A stretch of 64,000 nucleotides of DNA from Octopus vulgaris (Eukaryota). Location: NCBI GenBank assembly GCA_951406725.2, contig OX597828.1:36828001-36892000 (forward strand). Reading direction: 5' to 3'. Position numbers and translations under genes: made by a program. Positions 46,951-61,397 of this stretch are shown here, piece after piece. The notes below the pieces were generated by a model that made no database searches, had not been told where the DNA came from, and saw only the letters and a list, made by a program, of their open reading frames with translations. Position 1 is the first letter of the stretch. Each line of letters opens with the position of its first letter.

Positions 46951-49117
46951 CACAAATACTCTCATCGATTGTTTATTTGAGTTAAATGAGGACTTGTAAT
47001 GTATATGCATTTATCGGGGACATGAGCTAAACCAAATGATTTTAATGGCGACTAGAAACCTCGACGACGGCATAGATCAATCGCTGAAATTTATTTCTCC
47101 AAGTGCTATCATTTTTATGGTGTAGACACTCCATTGTAACGGCAGCAACAATAGGAGTGACATCTATCATAGAATTGACAACATCAATAGCATTATGAAC
47201 AATAATGACAACAAAAATAACCACGACAACAATAATATTCATAGTAACAGTATTAACAGAAGTGAAAATGAAGACGTCGATAGCACGATAAGTAGATGCA
47301 GTAGCACAAACTGTATAACTAGCAGACAACAGATATAAATACGAGTGGAGGATGTTTCTTTTAAGAGAAACAGTTCCCTTAAGAGTCCATAACAACAGTT
47401 CCTTTTTGAACAATCATTGACATAGGAGGTCCATCTGAAGTATCGTCAACTCCCAGATGGCTCCTTATTCTAACGTCAGCCATATTGTTTCTTTTGTGTG
47501 TTTATCTATATATATTTATTCATATAGTTTTCTTTGGTTATACATGCAAAGATATCGATGGTGTCGCTTACTTGCAAGACGTACTTGAATTCTGCATCTG
47601 AGTAAATTTACTGCTCCGTAGAGATTAAACAAGGCAATCGAATAGACATTTTATTTTCCAGCATCCTCTCCCATAAAATCTACTTCTATCACACCGATAA
47701 CCTGATATATTGCAAATGGCGAAATGAAGAGAAAAATGTCGCCATTTGCAATGATCGATTTATGCTTTTTCATTTCTATTCTCTCTCTCTCCTCACCCAT
47801 CTCTTGCTTTTTTTTCAACATCAGTCCTATTTTCTTTTTAGATCATGAAAAATGATTTCCGATAGCCAGTTGCGTTCTAATCCTAATAGAGCAGACATAT
47901 TTAAGGCGTTCTAATCGTGACCATTACGTCTTTTTTTATATATTAGAAATATATTATTTAATGAATTGCACTCTATAATCATTCAAGATGACAACTGCAA
48001 TTTGAGGAAGATTCGGTTACTATTTTTTGCAGCCTCTGTATACCCTTAGAGGTTGCATAGTTAGCTTGTACGAATAGATGCTCAAAGGATTTAGGTTTCT
48101 CAATTGATCGTATGTGTAAAAATTAACCAGACTCGGCATCGCGAAATTTCTGTGAGTGATATCTTCGGCATTTTATAGTCTGGTTGAGGGAATTCCGGTC
48201 CGGTTGCTGTGTCGAGACGGGTGAGCGACTACTCAGTGAATCCCTCTCTGGGATGTAAATCTACTGGGTATTTACGGGGTCTCAGCGGGGTTTTAGTCGA
48301 AAAGCAAACAATTTTGCGAACGGCGAGGAGAAAAGATCCCCCACTCTACACACAAACACGTGCGCGCGAACACAAACACATCAAACACTAACGCTCACAC
48401 ACGCACTTACACAAACACACACATTCACATACACTAATTCAAATGCTTACACTCACACAAACATACACGCGCACACACTGACATTTTCACACGCTCTCAC
48501 ACATATACAAACACTAATTCCTTAGAAATATACAGATGTGACTGATAAAGGAAAGATAAAAAAAGCAGAGCAAAATAAGAAATAAATATTTGGGCGATAA
48601 AAAACAGTTAAAAAAATAAAGACGTTAACAAACGGTTTCTATTCTGGTATAAATATGGGATTCTCTTCTAAGGCTTCCGATCACCAAAAAGATAAGATAA
48701 TTCTTTTTTCCAAATCTAGTTCTCCACCTACTCAGGTGAACAGCATTTGGCGTGGCAACGGCTGCCCAGCCTTTCTAACATAAAATCTATATTCGTCGAA
48801 TGCGTTCTTTCCCCCACCCCACCCCATGACCATTATCATGGAGAAAAGGTAGATTATCGGAGAATCGTGTTCTTTGCTGGGTTTCGATTCTTGTTTGGAA
48901 GATATTGCTCTGTACATAAGTCTCAGACTATATATTCCGATTCTCTCGCGTCCTAGGACCCACAAGGCTGATTACTCGGTTTGTCTGGCGTACAGGCGGT
49001 CAGGATCATATTTCCCCTCAGTGTGACCTTGGTCCGCGACAAGGTCCAAGGTCAGCAGTTTTGAGGGAATGGGACAAGTCGATCACATCGACTCCAGTTT
49101 TTTATTTTTTTATTTAT

Positions 49118-49415
49118 GCGCCCTTTTCAAGCCTAACCAGGCTCATGGGGCCGGTTTTCCGGTTTCTGTGGAGTATGTGTCCCCCCCCCCAGCTGGACGG
49201 GACGCCAGTCCATCGTAGCGTTACTCAAGAAACAGGAATAAAGAGTGAAAGTTGGGGCGAAAGAGTACAACAGGGGTTACCCCGCCCTGCCGGAGCCTCG
49301 TGGAGCTTTAGGTGTTTTCGCTCAATAAACACACACAACGCCCGGTCTGGGAATCGAAACCGCGATCCTCCGACCACGAGTCCGCTGCCCTAACCACTGG
49401 GCCATTGCGCCTCCA
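49118..49415 (-). mobile_element. SINE with family B head and alternative tail 1
   Basis: Head at 49415-49250 matches family B; the sequence then diverges into ...GGACTGGCGTCCCGTCCAGCTG...GGCTTGAAAAGGGGCG. Confidence 0.8.
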
Positions 49416-49519
49416 CAGTACTTTACTAGTACTTTATTTTATCGACCTCGAAGGGATGAAAATCGAAGTTGACCTCGGCGGGATTAGAACTAAGAGCATA
49501 AAGAACTGGAAGAAATGCT

Positions 49520-49900
49520 GCTATAGTAGAAGATACTTACCGAAGGTGTCACGCAGTGGGACTGAACCCAGAACCATGTGGTTGGGAAGCAAGCTTCTTA
49601 CTACTCCTGTGTGTGTGCGTGTGTGGGATGGTGCATGTATGTATGTATGTATGTATGTGCGCGTGTCTTTGTGCCTGTGTTTGTTCCTCCCATCACTGCT
49701 TGACAACCGGTGGTGGTGTGTTTACATCCCAGTAACATAGCGGTTCTGCAAAAGGGAGCCGAAAGAATAAGTACTAGGCTTCAAAAAAACAAAGAAGAAA
49801 AAAACAAAGTCCTGAGGTAGATTTGTTCGACTAAAACCCTTCAAGCCAGTGCTCTAGCATGGCCGCAGTCAAATGACTGAAACAAATAAACGAATAAATG
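49520..49900. mobile_element. Rearranged SINE family C (inverted head, forward tail)
   Basis: 49520-49605 is the head on the minus strand; 49665-49898 is the tail on the plus strand. Confidence 0.7.
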
Positions 49901-50055
49901 GATAAAACTCGCAAAATTCGAAATTACGTCATAATATCGAATGTCTTACACACTCTGATTTCTTTTATTCTGGCACATGGCCTTTATAAAAAGGGGACAC
50001 TACAAGGACAGACAAAACAAGACAATGAGGTACATATAAATATCACGTGATATTT

Positions 50056-50358
50056 ATCACGTGACCAACCAGACCATCAGATGTTGTTACACATCGCTGG
50101 TCACAATGCGTTCGCATTGTTTTAGCCTTCGAATGACGCCACCCCGCTGGCTAAGCGAGCAGGCCAATAGAAGAAAAAGTGAGAGAAAGAGTGGTGAAAG
50201 AGTACAGCAGGGATCACCCCCCCCCCCCTGCCGGAGCCTCGTGGAGCTTTAAGGTGTTTTCGCTCAATAAACACTCACAACGCCCGGTATGGGAATCGAA
50301 ACTGCGATCCTACGACCGCGAGTCCGCTGCCCTAACCACTGGGCCATTGCGCCTCCAC
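50056..50358 (-). mobile_element. SINE with family B head and alternative tail 2
   Basis: Head at 50358-50170 matches family B; tail ...GGCCTGCTCGCTTAGCCAGCGGGG...GGTCACGTGA. Confidence 0.8.
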
Positions 50359-50660
50359 ACATATAAATATATATCGGATAATTTATGAATTTGATGAAAA
50401 TGAGGATGAAATGACTTAGTTTCATTTTATTGTTTATTAAATTACGGTTTTACTTTACAGTCCTGTACCTTTTCCTTACCACAAATTTATAACGAATGCT
50501 GTATTATATCTTCAAAAATTACAACAGCCGGCAGCTCGTCGTATCTATACTGAAATGGTGTTATTTCAACTCTTTTTTTTTACAAATAGTTCTACTAATC
50601 ACTCCGCTCTTTCTCTCTCCAACACTACGCCCTTCTTACCTTCATGGTTTGCCATTTTCA

Positions 50661-50952
50661 CTCTTTACTCCTTTACTCTTTTACTCTTATCAGTCATTTG
50701 ACTGTGGCCATGCTGGATCACCGGCTTTAGTCGAGCAAATCGACTCCAGGACTTATTCTTTGTAAGCCTAGTACTTATTCTATCGGTCTCTTTTGCCGAA
50801 CCGCTAAGTTACGACAGGTTTTTTTTTTCAGTTTCCGTCTACCAAATCCACTCAAAGGCTTTGGTTAGCCCCGAGGCTATAGTAGAAGACACTTGCCCAA
50901 GGTGCCACGCAGTGGGTCTGAAACCGGAGCCATGTGGTTTGTAATCAAGCTT
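50661..50952 (-). mobile_element. SINE family C, internally deleted
   Basis: Tail and head present; internal microsatellite missing. Confidence 0.8.
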
Positions 50953-52149
50953 TCATTTTTGTTACTCTCTTTTCAATTTCGACGCTTTTTTCATATACTA
51001 TGAGGCTTCTTAAGTTTCCCCCTGTAAGTATCGTTCTCTGATATTCTTCACCATTCTCTTCGTCCGTCATACATTACTCTGTCTCTACTTCGCTGTCTCT
51101 TTCGTTTCCTTCCTTCTTTCGTATTCCGTCTTCCTTGATAGTTGAAGGCGATGGTTCGTGCGTTCGCATTTCACTTGATCTTTCATTTGGTTCTCCATTG
51201 TTTTTTCTCTTTTCTTTCTTGTTCTCCTCTTCGTTTGTCTTCCTTTTTTTCTCCTTGGGGCTTTTTGATGGTGATTCTACGTTCTTTTTTCTTTTTCACC
51301 ACCGTAAATTACTCCTCCATTTTCTCTTCCACTGCTGTTGTACTCTCTTCTTGAATTTCTTTTTCTCTTATTACCTCCGTGTTTCTGAGGACACTTGGCC
51401 CCTTCATGTGTCCCTGCAAACATAAAACTCTAAACGTTATATGGATCCTCTGCCGGTTTCGAAGATAGGTTTTCCAAAGGTTCGATCAACAGATCCACCT
51501 ACTCTTTTTAATTGTATAATGAAAGTGGATGTGTACTCCGCGGACATGTGTATGCTTAACCTAATGTCCTGACGAAGTCAATGTAGCACATTGTGTAATA
51601 AAGCTATCCTTTTAAATTATACAGACACAGATACTCATTTCGACGGGCTTTCATACAGTATCCATCTAGGAAATTTCAGTCTTAAGGCTTTGGCCAATGC
51701 GAAACTAACTGCCGTAAATAACAAGACAGTAGGATAGAAATCCGGGGCCTTATGATTTTGTAGCGGACTTCCTAACTGATTGGCCTTGTCAGCGTCCTAT
51801 AAGCACACAATACATAAAGTATACACCCCCAACGGAGATAGTGATTTATTGTTTAAAGTGATCCTATTATTCTGGCTTCCACATGCTCATTTACATGTGA
51901 ACATTGAGCTTAAAAAAACTCTCTGGACAAAAAATTAAAAAGGTAGGGAGTTTCACAACTGACGTAAACCGTATATCTACCGTACTCCGGTTCGTCGCGA
52001 TACCACAACACCAAAGTAACTCTCCAGCTTTCAACTTCCTAAATTAGACACTGGATTCTTACTTCATTAAACATTTATCAGATACGGGTTGAGTCGTTTT
52101 AATCTGCATCCTTTCATATAATCTGTGAGTTTATTATTGTTTACTTCAA

Positions 52150-52340
52150 TCAGAAGCAATCGTTGTTATAATAAACCAGAAGGAATTATATTTAAAATCA
52201 GAAATAATTAATGTTAAAATCAGAAACAATTACTACTAAAATTCGAAGTAATAACAATCAAAAATAATTATTATTAAACTCTGATGCAATTAATATTTAA
52301 AATCAGATTTAATTATAATTGAAATCAGAAGCAATTATTG
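52150..52340. repeat. Degenerate minisatellite, unit about 21 bp (AAAATCAGAAGCAATTATT-like)
   Basis: About 8 diverged units visible. Confidence 0.6.
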
Positions 52341-52537
52341 ATTGTTCATATGATCCTTTTCTTCCTAATTAAGAAGTAAGGCTACCGTGATTCGATCCAT
52401 TTCAGCTCGTCTCTAGTAAATCACAATGTCTTACTCCATGTAGGATGCATATCTCTCAGTATACCTCCAAAAAACCGAAACCAGATGTTGTTTGGGAAAC
52501 GAGATTTTTGCTATTCAGATTGAGTTCGCCTTAATAT

Positions 52538-53250
52538 TCTTTTCTACTCTTGGCACAAAGCCCGAAATATGATACATACACTCTAGGCACCCGGAATTTT
52601 GGAGGACGGGCTAGTAGATTAGATCGACCCCAGTACGCATCTGGTACTTAATTTATCGGTCCCGAAAGGATGAAAGGCAAAGTCGACCTCGGCGGAATTT
52701 GAACTCAGAACGTAGAGACAGACGAAATACTACTAAGCATTTCGCCCGGCGTGCTAATGTTTTAGCCAGCTCGCCGTCTTATGTGTTCACTTTAATATTA
52801 GCTTCAAACTTTGGTGCAAGGCCTGCAATTTCGGGGGAGTTCGGTATGTCAATTATATCGACCCCAGTGCTCAACTGGTACTTATTTTAATCCACCCCGA
52901 AAGGATGAAAGGAGATGTCTGCTCCGCTGGCATTTGAACTCAGAACTTAAAGTCGGACGAAATGCCACTAAGCATTTTGTACGGCGTGCTAACGATTCTG
53001 CTAGCTCGCAGCTTTGATACATAACAAAATATTAAGACGAACACAAAAGCGGCGAGCGGGCAGAATCGTTAGCACCCTGGGTAAATTCTTCGCGGTATTA
53101 ATAGTACACTCAGAGTTCAAATTCCGCAGAAGTCGACTTTACTTTTCATCCTTTCGGGATCAACAAGGTAAATATGAGTTGAGCATCGGGGGGTCAATGT
53201 ACTCCCTCTCGCAAAATTTCTGGCCTTGTGCCAAAATTTGAAATCAGTAT
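52538..53250. mobile_element. Cluster of SINE family A copies (two on -, one on +)
   Basis: Copies at about 52538-52777 (-), 52800-53012 (-) and 53050-53250 (+). Confidence 0.8.
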
Positions 53251-53382
53251 TATTCTATTTACTATGTTTAGGTTCATTCTCTGAGCGCTGCTGGTTTTAT
53301 AAGTTCAGAACCGCGCTTTTTATAACCAACTTTCAAGTGTCTGAGATAGTGTGATGTTCGTGTCATTCTTAGTACCATTACA

Positions 53383-53757
53383 GTGGAGGCGCAATGGCCC
53401 AGTGGTTAGGGCAGCGGACTCGCAGTCTCGATTCCCAGACCGGGCGTTGTGAGTGTTTATTGAGCGAAAACACCTAAAGCTCAACGAGGTTACGGCAGAG
53501 GATGGTGGTGATCCCTGCTGTACTCTTTCACCACAACTTTCTCTCACTCTTACTTCCTGTTTCTGTTGTACCTGTATTTCAAAGGGCCGGCCTTGTCACT
53601 CTCTGTGTCACGCTGAATATCCCCGAGAACTACGTTAAGGGTGCACGTGTCTGTGGAGTGCTCAGCCACTTACACGTTAATTTCACGCGCAGGCTGTTCC
53701 GTTGATTCGGATCAACCGGAACCCTCGTCGTCGTAACCGACGGAGTGCTTAAGAAGA
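53383..53757 (+). mobile_element. SINE family B, full length with 12-bp TSD
   Basis: AGTACCATTACA at 53371-53382 and 53758-53769; short (AAG)n tail. Confidence 0.9.
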
Positions 53758-54081
53758 AGTACCATTACAATTGTAAGACGAGAGCAAGAAAGTTTGAATT
53801 CAGGAATCACATGAAACTGGGTCGTATTTTTGCATTGTTGAAGAATCAGGTTCTCACTGCATCACGACCAACCTATATGGAGCCATACACCCATACACAT
53901 ACACTCACATAAATATACATTCATAAATAAATGTGTATACACACACACACACACACACACACGCGTGCACATAAATATATGATAAGTTAAAGACATAATA
54001 AATGATGCACAAACGGGAAACAGATACAGAAGGTCACTGACTCCTCTGTACACATGTACACATGTATATACATATATGACA

Positions 54082-54144
<63 letters not shown>

Positions 54145-54522
54145 CATACATACATACATACATAAGTGCATATACTGGAATATTTATATGTGTGTATATA
54201 TGAATGTATCTATAAATGGCTATCGATGTATATACGCATATACTTATTCATATATTCATTATATTATCTTTTCTTCAATTACGAAATTACAGAATGTGGA
54301 TAAATTTATGAGATATAAGTAAAAGTGCATATCAATACGCATACAGGCATACATACATACATACATACATACATACATACATACACACATACATACATGT
54401 ATATATCGATATATATATGTGTATGTGTGTACAGATATATACTAGGCATATACGCATGTTTGTATTCAGACTATTAAAATAAATTTATTACAGATATGTA
54501 TTAATATCTACAGATGTGTACA

Positions 54523-54574
<52 letters not shown>

Positions 54575-54761
54575 CATACATATATATATATATACATATC
54601 TGAATGTATATGAGTGTATGTGTTTGTGTGTGTGTGCCCGTTTATGAATATACATTTATATTGATGCATACGCGTATGTCTATATGTACGCATGTGTTTT
54701 TGTATGTCTGAATATTATATGTATAACATGCTCACACTCTCACGCTTACGCACTCTCACAA

Positions 54762-54817
<56 letters not shown>

Positions 54818-54830
54818 TCCTACATTTTAT

Positions 54831-54947
54831 CTTCACTGATATCTCCCTTCCAAGAAACATCTATCATATATTTATTTATTTCTCTGACGCCCCAATCTCC
54901 AGTTCTTCCCGTTTCTTATTCTGTAAGCAAACAATCTAGACAACAAG
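54831..54947. repeat. Dispersed repeat of about 115 bp, copy 1
   Basis: Aligns with 59198-59307. Confidence 0.8.
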
Positions 54948-55493
54948 TCTAAGACAGCAGCATTCAACTGTTTATCTAATGTTATTTTGCTGGAATAAAA
55001 TTCGGACATATATGTCAGATATAAAAGTCTTAAACAACTTTCTGAAGCGTTGTTTATGACAGCTAATTCAAAACCAATGTACGTGGCTGGCGAGCCTGCC
55101 ATCCGCTGTACTCTATATGAAATAGGTTTCGTTTAAAATGCTAAAGTTCACCATTAGAAATTGAAGCCTGGTCATCGCCGTGTCAGATGTTTCGGGAATG
55201 ATGAATATATGCGTGTCTATTTGTGCATGTATGTATGTATGTATGTATGTATGTAGGTAGGTAGGTATGTATGTATGTATGTATGTATGTATGTATGTAT
55301 GTATGTATGTATGTATGTATGTATGTAGGTATGTATGTATGTATGTATGTATGTATGTATGTATGTATGTATGTATGTATGTATGTAGGTAGGTAGGTAG
55401 GTATGTATTATGTAAGTGTGTATGTATGTGTGTATGTATGTATGTGCATATTTACATATATATACATATATATGTGTGTGTGTGTATATATAA

Positions 55494-55539
<46 letters not shown>

Positions 55540-55702
55540 GTTTAACATATTAAAATAGATGTACATAGATTTTTTATACATATGTACACATATAAGTACA
55601 TGTGCTTCTATCGACTCATACATGCATATATGTAAATATGTGTGTGTGTATATATATGTATATGTATGTATATATATATATATATATATATATGCATGTG
55701 TA

Positions 55703-55748
<46 letters not shown>

Positions 55749-56217
55749 TACACATGTATACACACACATATATATAATACATAATATATACATACACAAA
55801 CGTCCTGATATATCTATAATTACACACACATACACACACACACACAAACGCACACACACATTCACAGACAAACTTAGAAATTCTTGTAGAAGACCCAAGG
55901 AGGTCAGATTTGATAGAGTATTGGACATTTAGAGGAATCTGATGTTTCATATGCTCGCTGATCATTAAAACCAAAGAAATATTCGTGAATTTTCCAGTGA
56001 AGGCTCTGCCAATTCATCAACCGACAGGAAACAAAGATGTGACCGTTCAAATCAGACCGGAAGTTCAGTAGTCACGCCACGTCGTGATAGTAAACGAGAA
56101 AAAAATCCGTTACCGGAGATCGTCTGCTGCAAAATTGTTTATGGAAACATATTACAATCTACTTATTACTTACAAGTGTTTCAGAGTGGTCACTGTTTTC
56201 ATAATGCCCTACATTCA

Positions 56218-56252
<35 letters not shown>

Positions 56253-56306
56253 TCCTCTCTTTCATTACTTCTGTCTGTCTACCTGTCTCATTTTCCTTTC
56301 ATTCCT

Positions 56307-56401
<95 letters not shown>

Positions 56402-56422
56402 ACACACACACATTTGGCGTCT

Positions 56423-56970
56423 TCTTCTAGTGTGCTGGTGGACCTGTATACGTACTAGCTTGCCCTGAATATATATTTATAAATGTATTAATTTAACCTT
56501 AACCGGTTGATTGCATGCTAACTACCTGATAAAATTAAACATAGATTTTAACCTATATATAGAAATATATAATTTCACCCAAACCAAAATTTTTCACCGC
56601 TAAATTACTTGGCTATTAACACGTGGACGAAATAAACGGAACCAGAATTTCGTATTTTTGTTTTGTATATAAGTACGAACAGTGTATTTGCGCCGTAGAG
56701 CCGTTGTATTCATGGGTGCATATATTTGTTCGTGTTTATATGCATTTGGGTTGTATTACATTGATGATGGAAAAAGAGTTTACTCCTTAATCCTGAGATC
56801 AGTTGATATGCAATTCAACCGTTTCATGAATCTGTTTTGTTTATTTTCCCGAGGAAGAACGCGTGTTTATGGTTTAATGGTGGTATCTTACGTTAGTTTA
56901 GAGACATGTGACGTCTTCTAGCGTGCAGGTGGGCCTGAATACGTGCTAGCTTGCCCTGAATATATATTTA
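56423..56970. mobile_element. Element with direct terminal redundancy of about 57 bp, between simple repeats
   Basis: TCTTCTAG.GTGC.GGTGG.CCTG.ATACGT.CTAGCTTGCCCTGAATATATATTTA at 56423 and 56914. Confidence 0.55.
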
Positions 56971-57080
56971 CACACACACACATATATATATATATACATA
57001 CATACATACATACATATGTATATGCGTGTGTGCGCGTATTGGTATATATATATATATATATATACAAATACATACATACA

Positions 57081-57166
<86 letters not shown>

Positions 57167-57434
57167 CATATGCATGATTATTATATATTTATTATAGATG
57201 TTTTGTAATTTAAATTGCGAAGTGAAACAATTGTAGACAATGTTAAATAAATAATAAATTAATTTATATCCATTGAATCTCTCCATTTTCAAGCTTAATA
57301 ATATTTGATGTTTTGTAATATATTTATTGAAGAAATATCCCTTCAAAATATAATATATTAAACCAGTCTATCGTGGCTAAAACTCTCCTTACATGAGTTT
57401 TAAATATCCTCAATTGTGCGTGTATGTGTATGTA

Positions 57435-57548
<114 letters not shown>

Positions 57549-57809
57549 AAATAATGAGTGAGATAAATTGAATATTAATTTAATATCAATTTGAAACCAG
57601 TAGCCTAGCATATATAAAAAAATCTGAAACCTCAGAAAAAATTTCAATACATGTATATAATTACATGTGTATGTGATATTCTTCTAGCATATTGCTTATC
57701 CACCTAGTGGTTATCCCTAAATATTCACATGTATATATATATATTTATATATATGTGTGCATATATATTCAAATATGAAATAGAAGCACCATATACTGAA
57801 AATAGACAC

Positions 57810-58232
57810 CCCGTGTATTTGCCGGTAGACTGCGATTTGGTGTGGCGGAGAATACCCTCTCAAAGTGCCGGCTGTTAGAACACCTTAGAGTCATGGACAG
57901 GCACGCAGCTAGCAGTCTACCGACACATACACGAAGTAGATACGTTAAGTATATGTTCTTGATAATGTTTGTTGCACTTGCGCTGCTTCGAATCCATCTT
58001 TGACTTTATTCTTATGTGTGCGTTGTCCGGGCACAGTCGCTCATGGCTTGCATGCCATGTGTATATTAGTCTTGGACTGGCAAAGTGATTCATCTGCGAT
58101 CTTGTTCGAATATGTGATATTGACAAGCCACAAAAATGGCGAAACATCGATGTTTCAGGCCTTTTTAACTCCGGCGTTTTGAGAGAGTTTTCTTCACCAC
58201 GCCAATAGCGACCTGCAGTTTAATACACGGAG
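57810..58232 (+). mobile_element. Old hammerhead-bearing element with inverted arms
   Basis: About 57810-57885 is inverted relative to about 58158-58232. Degenerate hammerhead TTGACAA GCCA-CAAAAA-TGGC GAAAC ATCGAT GTT at 58120-58154. Confidence 0.55.
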
Positions 58233-58586
58233 TATATACTTTAAGTGTGTGTGGTTGATAATGTTTACATACGCACACACACACAGAAGTGCTTCACTCA
58301 GTGGTTAGAATGTCAGGCTCCCAATCATGAGGTGGTGAGATTGATTCCCAAATCGGGCTGTGTTATATCCATTGAATCTCTCCATTAATACACACACACA
58401 TACGGACACACACACACACGGACACACACACACATGTAGCTGATAGATATACACATGTAACTGTCACATGCAGTTCAAATATACACCGATTCCGCGTCAC
58501 AATTTGACAACGCTGGATATATTAATGCTGGACAGTGGAGTGGCAGAAATGTTAGTGTAGAACAAGGGATGGTTGTGGGGTTATAC

Positions 58587-58684
<98 letters not shown>

Positions 58685-58875
58685 ATACATAATAAGAGGC
58701 GGGATATAATATCCAGGCAGATACCAAATATACCAGATATATATATAATATCCAGGCAGATACCAAATATACCAGATATATACCAGTTGGTGCGATCGAA
58801 ACACGTGTCGGACTATCATTAAGAATAAACTAACTGGAAATCTGAATGTTCAAATTCTTCATTCTCCTCATTCAC

Positions 58876-58948
<73 letters not shown>

Positions 58949-59071
58949 TGTTTATGTATGTGTGTGTGTGTATGCAGATATATATATATATATATATGAA
59001 TTTTCTGTGGCATTTCTCTATGTATACTTGAATATTTATAAATGAGCTACATATAGTGGCGCGTGTACACA

Positions 59072-59119
<48 letters not shown>

Positions 59120-59197
59120 TACATGCACACAGACACACACTCACACATACAGAGACGTGACGTACAATCGCACACACGTATTATACAGTATTGTGAC

Positions 59198-59307
59198 TTC
59201 ACTAATATCTCCCTTCCAAGAAACATCTCGCGTGTATTTATTTCGCTGGCGCCTCAATCTCCAATTCTTGCCGTTATTTATTTTATAAGCAAACAATCTC
59301 GACGACA
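59198..59307. repeat. Dispersed repeat of about 115 bp, copy 2
   Basis: Aligns with 54831-54947. Confidence 0.8.
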
Positions 59308-59646
59308 TTACACAATATCTGACTTCTTAGCCGATAACACAACGAACCTGGTAGCTCGGGGGATCGATCAAATGAAAACTAATGATCAGAAATCCAAACC
59401 AAGATTAATTTGTCTGTCTGTCTGTCTTCCCCATCTCTCTCTTCGTCCCCCCCTCCGTTTTCTCTTCCATTCACATGGTCCGGGTTCAGTCCTACTGTCT
59501 TCTACTATAGCCTCGGGACGACCAAAGCCTACACGTATATACTTTCGCATAATGCAGAGGGAATGAATTTGAGCGACTGTTAACATAATTTACTTTAAGG
59601 TGTGGATAAATTAAGATTAGCTTTAATCTCCCCATTCTTTTCGACA

Positions 59647-60029
59647 GGAGGCGCAATGGCCCAGTGGTTAGGGCAGCGGACTCGCGGTCATAGGATCGCG
59701 GTTTCGATTCCCAGACCGGGCGTTGTGAGTGTTTATTGAGCGAAAACACCTAAAAGCTCCACGAGGCTCCGGCAGGGGATGGTGGGGATCCCTGCTGTAC
59801 TCTTTCACCACAACTTTCTCTCACTCTTACTTCCTGTTTCTGTTGTACCTGTATTTTAAGGGGCCGGCCTTGTCACTCTCTGTGTCACGCTGAATATCCC
59901 CGAGAACTACGTTAAGGGTGCACGTGTCTGTGGAGTGCTTAGCCACTTACACGTTAATTTCACGAGCAGGCTGTTCCGTTGATTCGGATCAACCGGAACC
60001 CTCGTCGTCGTAACCGACGGAATGCTTCC
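59647..60029 (+). mobile_element. SINE family B, full length with 11-bp TSD
   Basis: TCTTTTCGACA at 59636-59646 and 60030-60040. Confidence 0.9.
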
Positions 60030-60511
60030 TCTTTTCGACACCAAGTAGCAATCGAATTTGTGATCGTGAATGTACCAAGCCAAACGTGTGCGTGTTCTTA
60101 CATTTTCGCGAATGCTTATATGAGCGAGTGTACACGCGCAATGCATCTTGCGCGAGGACGGTTTATACATCCATATCTGTTAACAGTTATTTTAAATACT
60201 TTTCTCGCTGTATTGCGTCTTTGTTTCTTTTTTGCAACTGTGATGTTATTTTTGATCTTCTATATAAAGGAAGATATTTCCTTCGTTTTGCTGCTTATTC
60301 TTTCAAAGAAATGAGAAGAAGCATTGTGGAACTGTTATTTTAACGCGTTGTATCTAGTTATCACCCAGTGAGACACATAGACACCACCGGATAGTGCTGA
60401 ACCAGCCGTTAAGTGTCCCACCCGTGAGGGATCGATGTTAGACATGTCTAAAACAATTGTCGTGATTAATAATAAACATTCTCGTATATTCCATCTTCCC
60501 TCTCTTTCATT

Positions 60512-60613
<102 letters not shown>

Positions 60614-60762
60614 ATATATATGTATATATATGTATAAATCCAAAAGAGAACAAACACACACACACAAAAAACAACGCGAGGTCGTTGTACAGAGGAAAGT
60701 CCAAAAGAAGGCAAGACGGAGGAAGGAAATCGCCAACGATTCAAATGCGTTTACATTTTGAA

Positions 60763-61125
<363 letters not shown>

Positions 61126-61260
61126 TATTAATTGCATAAAAAATCCTCAATAATAAAAAAAATATAGAACGACACGAACCTCGTGGAAGGAGAATTTTGG
61201 GTGGTGCGTAAGAGCTTTCGTTGTTAATGTTTTCAAACATACGTTTTAAGTGGTAATCCG

Positions 61261-61375
<115 letters not shown>

Positions 61376-61397
61376 TTATTTATTTTTACGTACATAT

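Noticed and set aside
55990-56215. Possible exon after TTTTCCAG (EGSANSSTDRKQR...)
   Set aside because: No recognisable homology or clear donor site, and the frame runs into microsatellite; cannot be supported without RNA data.
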